DNA of 64,000 bases from Octopus sinensis. Its lineage: Eukaryota. The translations under genes were made by a program, and so were the position numbers. The DNA lies in contig NC_043012.1 of the NCBI RefSeq assembly GCF_006345805.1, positions 29,884,001-29,948,000 on the forward strand. The letters run 5' to 3'. The notes under the pieces are model-generated. The model saw only the letters and a program-made list of their open reading frames with translations, had not been told where the DNA came from and did not search any database. Within the stretch, counting starts at the first letter, position 1; each line of letters begins with the position of its first letter. This document shows, piece after piece, positions 61,631-64,000 of the stretch.

Positions 61631-63969
61631 ATCATCATCATCATCATCATCGTTTAGCATCCGTTTTCCATGCTAGCATGGGTTGGACGGTTCTACTGGG
61701 GTCTGTGAAGCCAGAAGGCTTCATCAGGCCCAGTCAAATCTGGCAGTGTTTCTACGGCTGGATGCCCTTCCTAACGCCAACCACTCCGTGAGTGTAGTGG
61801 GTGCTTTTTATGTGCCACCCGCACAGGTGCCAGACAGAGCTGGCAAACGGCCACGAACGGATGGTGCTTTTTATGTGCCACCAGCACGAGGGCCAGGCGA
61901 GGCTGGCAACGGACACGAAACGGGGCGGTGCTGGCAACGGTCGCGAAACGGAAGGATCTCTTACATGCCACCGGCACTGGTAACAGATCTGCAATTTCCA
62001 TTGATCGATTTCGATTCTGATCCTCACTTGCCTCAACAAGTAGAGTTTTGTGTCCCAAGAAGGGAAGGTATGCATACGTAGGCTGGCTCCATCCCATGTA
62101 GAAGGCCACGGGTTATGGACTCACTTGTCCTGCCGGGTCTTCTCGCGCACAGCACACTTCCAGAGGTCACGGTCTCTAGTCATTTCCTCAGTGAGACCTA
62201 AAGTTCGAAGGTCGTGCTTCACCACCTCGTCCCAGGTTTTCCTGGGTCTGCCTCTTCCACAGGTTTCCTCAACCGCTAGGGTGTGGCACTTTTTCACACA
62301 ACTATCTTCATCCATTCTCGCCACATGACCATACCAGCGCAAACGTCTCTCTTGCACACCACAACTGATGCTTCTTAGGTTCAGCTTTTCTCTCAAGGTA
62401 CTTACACTCTGCCGAGTATGAGTACTGACATTACACATCCATCGGAGCATACTGGCTTCATTTCTTGCGAGCTTACGCATATCCTCAGCAGTCACGGCCC
62501 ATGTTTCACTGCCATGTAGCATGGCTGTTCGTACACACGCATCATACAGTCTGCCTTTCACTCTGTGCGAGAGGCCTTTTGTCACCAGCAGAGGTAAGAG
62601 CTCTCTGAACTTTGCCCAAGCTATTCTTACTCTAGCAGTTACACTTTCAGCACACCCGCCCCCGCTGCAGAATTGGTCACCTAGGTAACAGAAACTATCA
62701 ACTATTTCTAGTTTTTCTCCCTGGAAAGTGACGGAAGTTGGTCTCAGAGCATTTTCAGTGTTTATTGTTCCTGAGCATCTGCCACATACAAAAACCATCT
62801 TCCTAGTTAGCCTTCCTTTGACATTGCTGCATCTCTTATGTGTCCATAGCTTACACTTGGTGCATCTTATAGAGTTTCTACCTACACCTTTTCTACAAAT
62901 CGAGCAGGGCCATCTACCTGAAGGCGTTTGTGATTTGTCTACCTTCCTACTGATTACGACTTTGGTTTTAGCTAGATTGACTCTGAGGCCCTTCGATTCT
63001 AATCCTTGTTTCCACACCTGAAACTTCTCCTCCAGTTCTGATAGCGACTCAGCAATTAGAGCAAGGTCATCAGCATAGAGGAGCTCCCAAGGGCATCCTG
63101 TCTTGGATTCCTCCGTTATTGCCTGGAAGACTATGATAAATAGGAGGGGGCTGAGTACTGAGCCTTGGTGGACCCCTACCTCTACCCGGAATTCTTCACT
63201 GTACTCATTTCCAACCCTCACCCTACTAGCAGCGTCCCTATACATGACCCGCACAGCTCTCACTAACCATTCATCTATCCCTAGTTTCCTCATTGCCCAC
63301 CAGATAAGGGATCAGGGGACCCTGTCGAAGGCTTTCTCCATGTCAACAAAAGCCAGGTACAGGGGCTTATCTTTGGCTAGGTATTTCTCCTGCAGCTGCC
63401 TTACCAGGAATATAGCATCAGTAGTACTTTTCCCTGGCATAAACCCAAACTGCATCTCATCTAAACTAACTCTCTCTCTAATTAGTTGGGCTATGACCCT
63501 CTCCGTAACCTTCATCACCTGATCCAACAGCTTCATACCTCTGTAGTTATTTGTATCTAGGGCATCACCTTTACCTTTGTAGCAGTTGACTATTATGCTG
63601 CTACACCAGTCATTGGGTATGACTCCTTTGTGTATCACCTGATTAACTATACGGGTGACTAGGCTATAGCCAACACTACCAGACATTTTGAGCATCTCTG
63701 CAGTGATTCCTGATGGGCCTGGGGCTTTTCCTGTCTTCATGCTTCTAATTGCCTTAGCTACCACGGAACTATCAACTCGGATAGCTGGTCCCTCTGTTGG
63801 GTCAACATTTGGCAGACTCTCTCTATCCCATTCATTTTCTTTATTCAGCAACCTTTCATAGTGGCATCTCCAAACCTCTCTCTTTGCATCCTCATTTAGT
63901 GCAAGTGAACCATCTACCATGCGAACATACTTCTCTCCTACCACATCACGGTTCTCTCTCACACACTGT
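61631..63969 (-). mobile_element. RTE-clade LINE, 5'-truncated copy B (single CGA>TGA nonsense at 63312-63314)
   Basis: ORFs 63312-63962 and 62121-63293 are the same frame; complete RT and C-terminus; (ATG)n tail. Confidence 0.95.
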
Positions 63970-64000
63970 TATTCTAGGCCGAGAGGGGACTTTGCACCAG

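Noticed and set aside
61700-61725. CTGATGA-AGCC(ttct)GGCT in the RTE 3' UTR (also about 59555)
   Set aside because: Not followed by GAAA or a stem III/cleavage triplet
61057-63522. + strand ORFs of 92-147 aa over the RTEs
   Set aside because: Antisense frames of the RT coding sequence

Overview
AT-rich, microsatellite-dense metazoan genomic DNA. The repeat families look cephalopod/Octopus-like, which is an inference. Two convergent intron-containing genes are present. The first is the 3' half of a KLHL12 orthologue on + (5 kelch-repeat exons, 1840-8787). The second is a Rit/Ric-family Ras GTPase on - (4 coding exons, 34523-30874); its first coding exon was not found in the window. The right third (43.3-64 kb) is a transposon nest: DD34D and DD41D Tc1/mariner copies, Helitron fragments, a near full-length Penelope-like element (PLE) with direct pseudo-LTRs, CR1 and RTE LINEs, and many SINEs/MITEs. 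The most interesting signal is an unannotated set of about seven unrelated families of minimal type-I hammerhead ribozyme motifs. They include canonical C3-G8 cores plus compensated U3-A8 and G3-C8 cores. Several sit in head-to-head palindromes, and one is fused to a tRNA-derived Pol III head. The PLE also has an upstream ORF1 overlapping the RT ORF, with an in-phase U_UUU_UUA slippery heptamer. All folds were done by eye and activity is untested.
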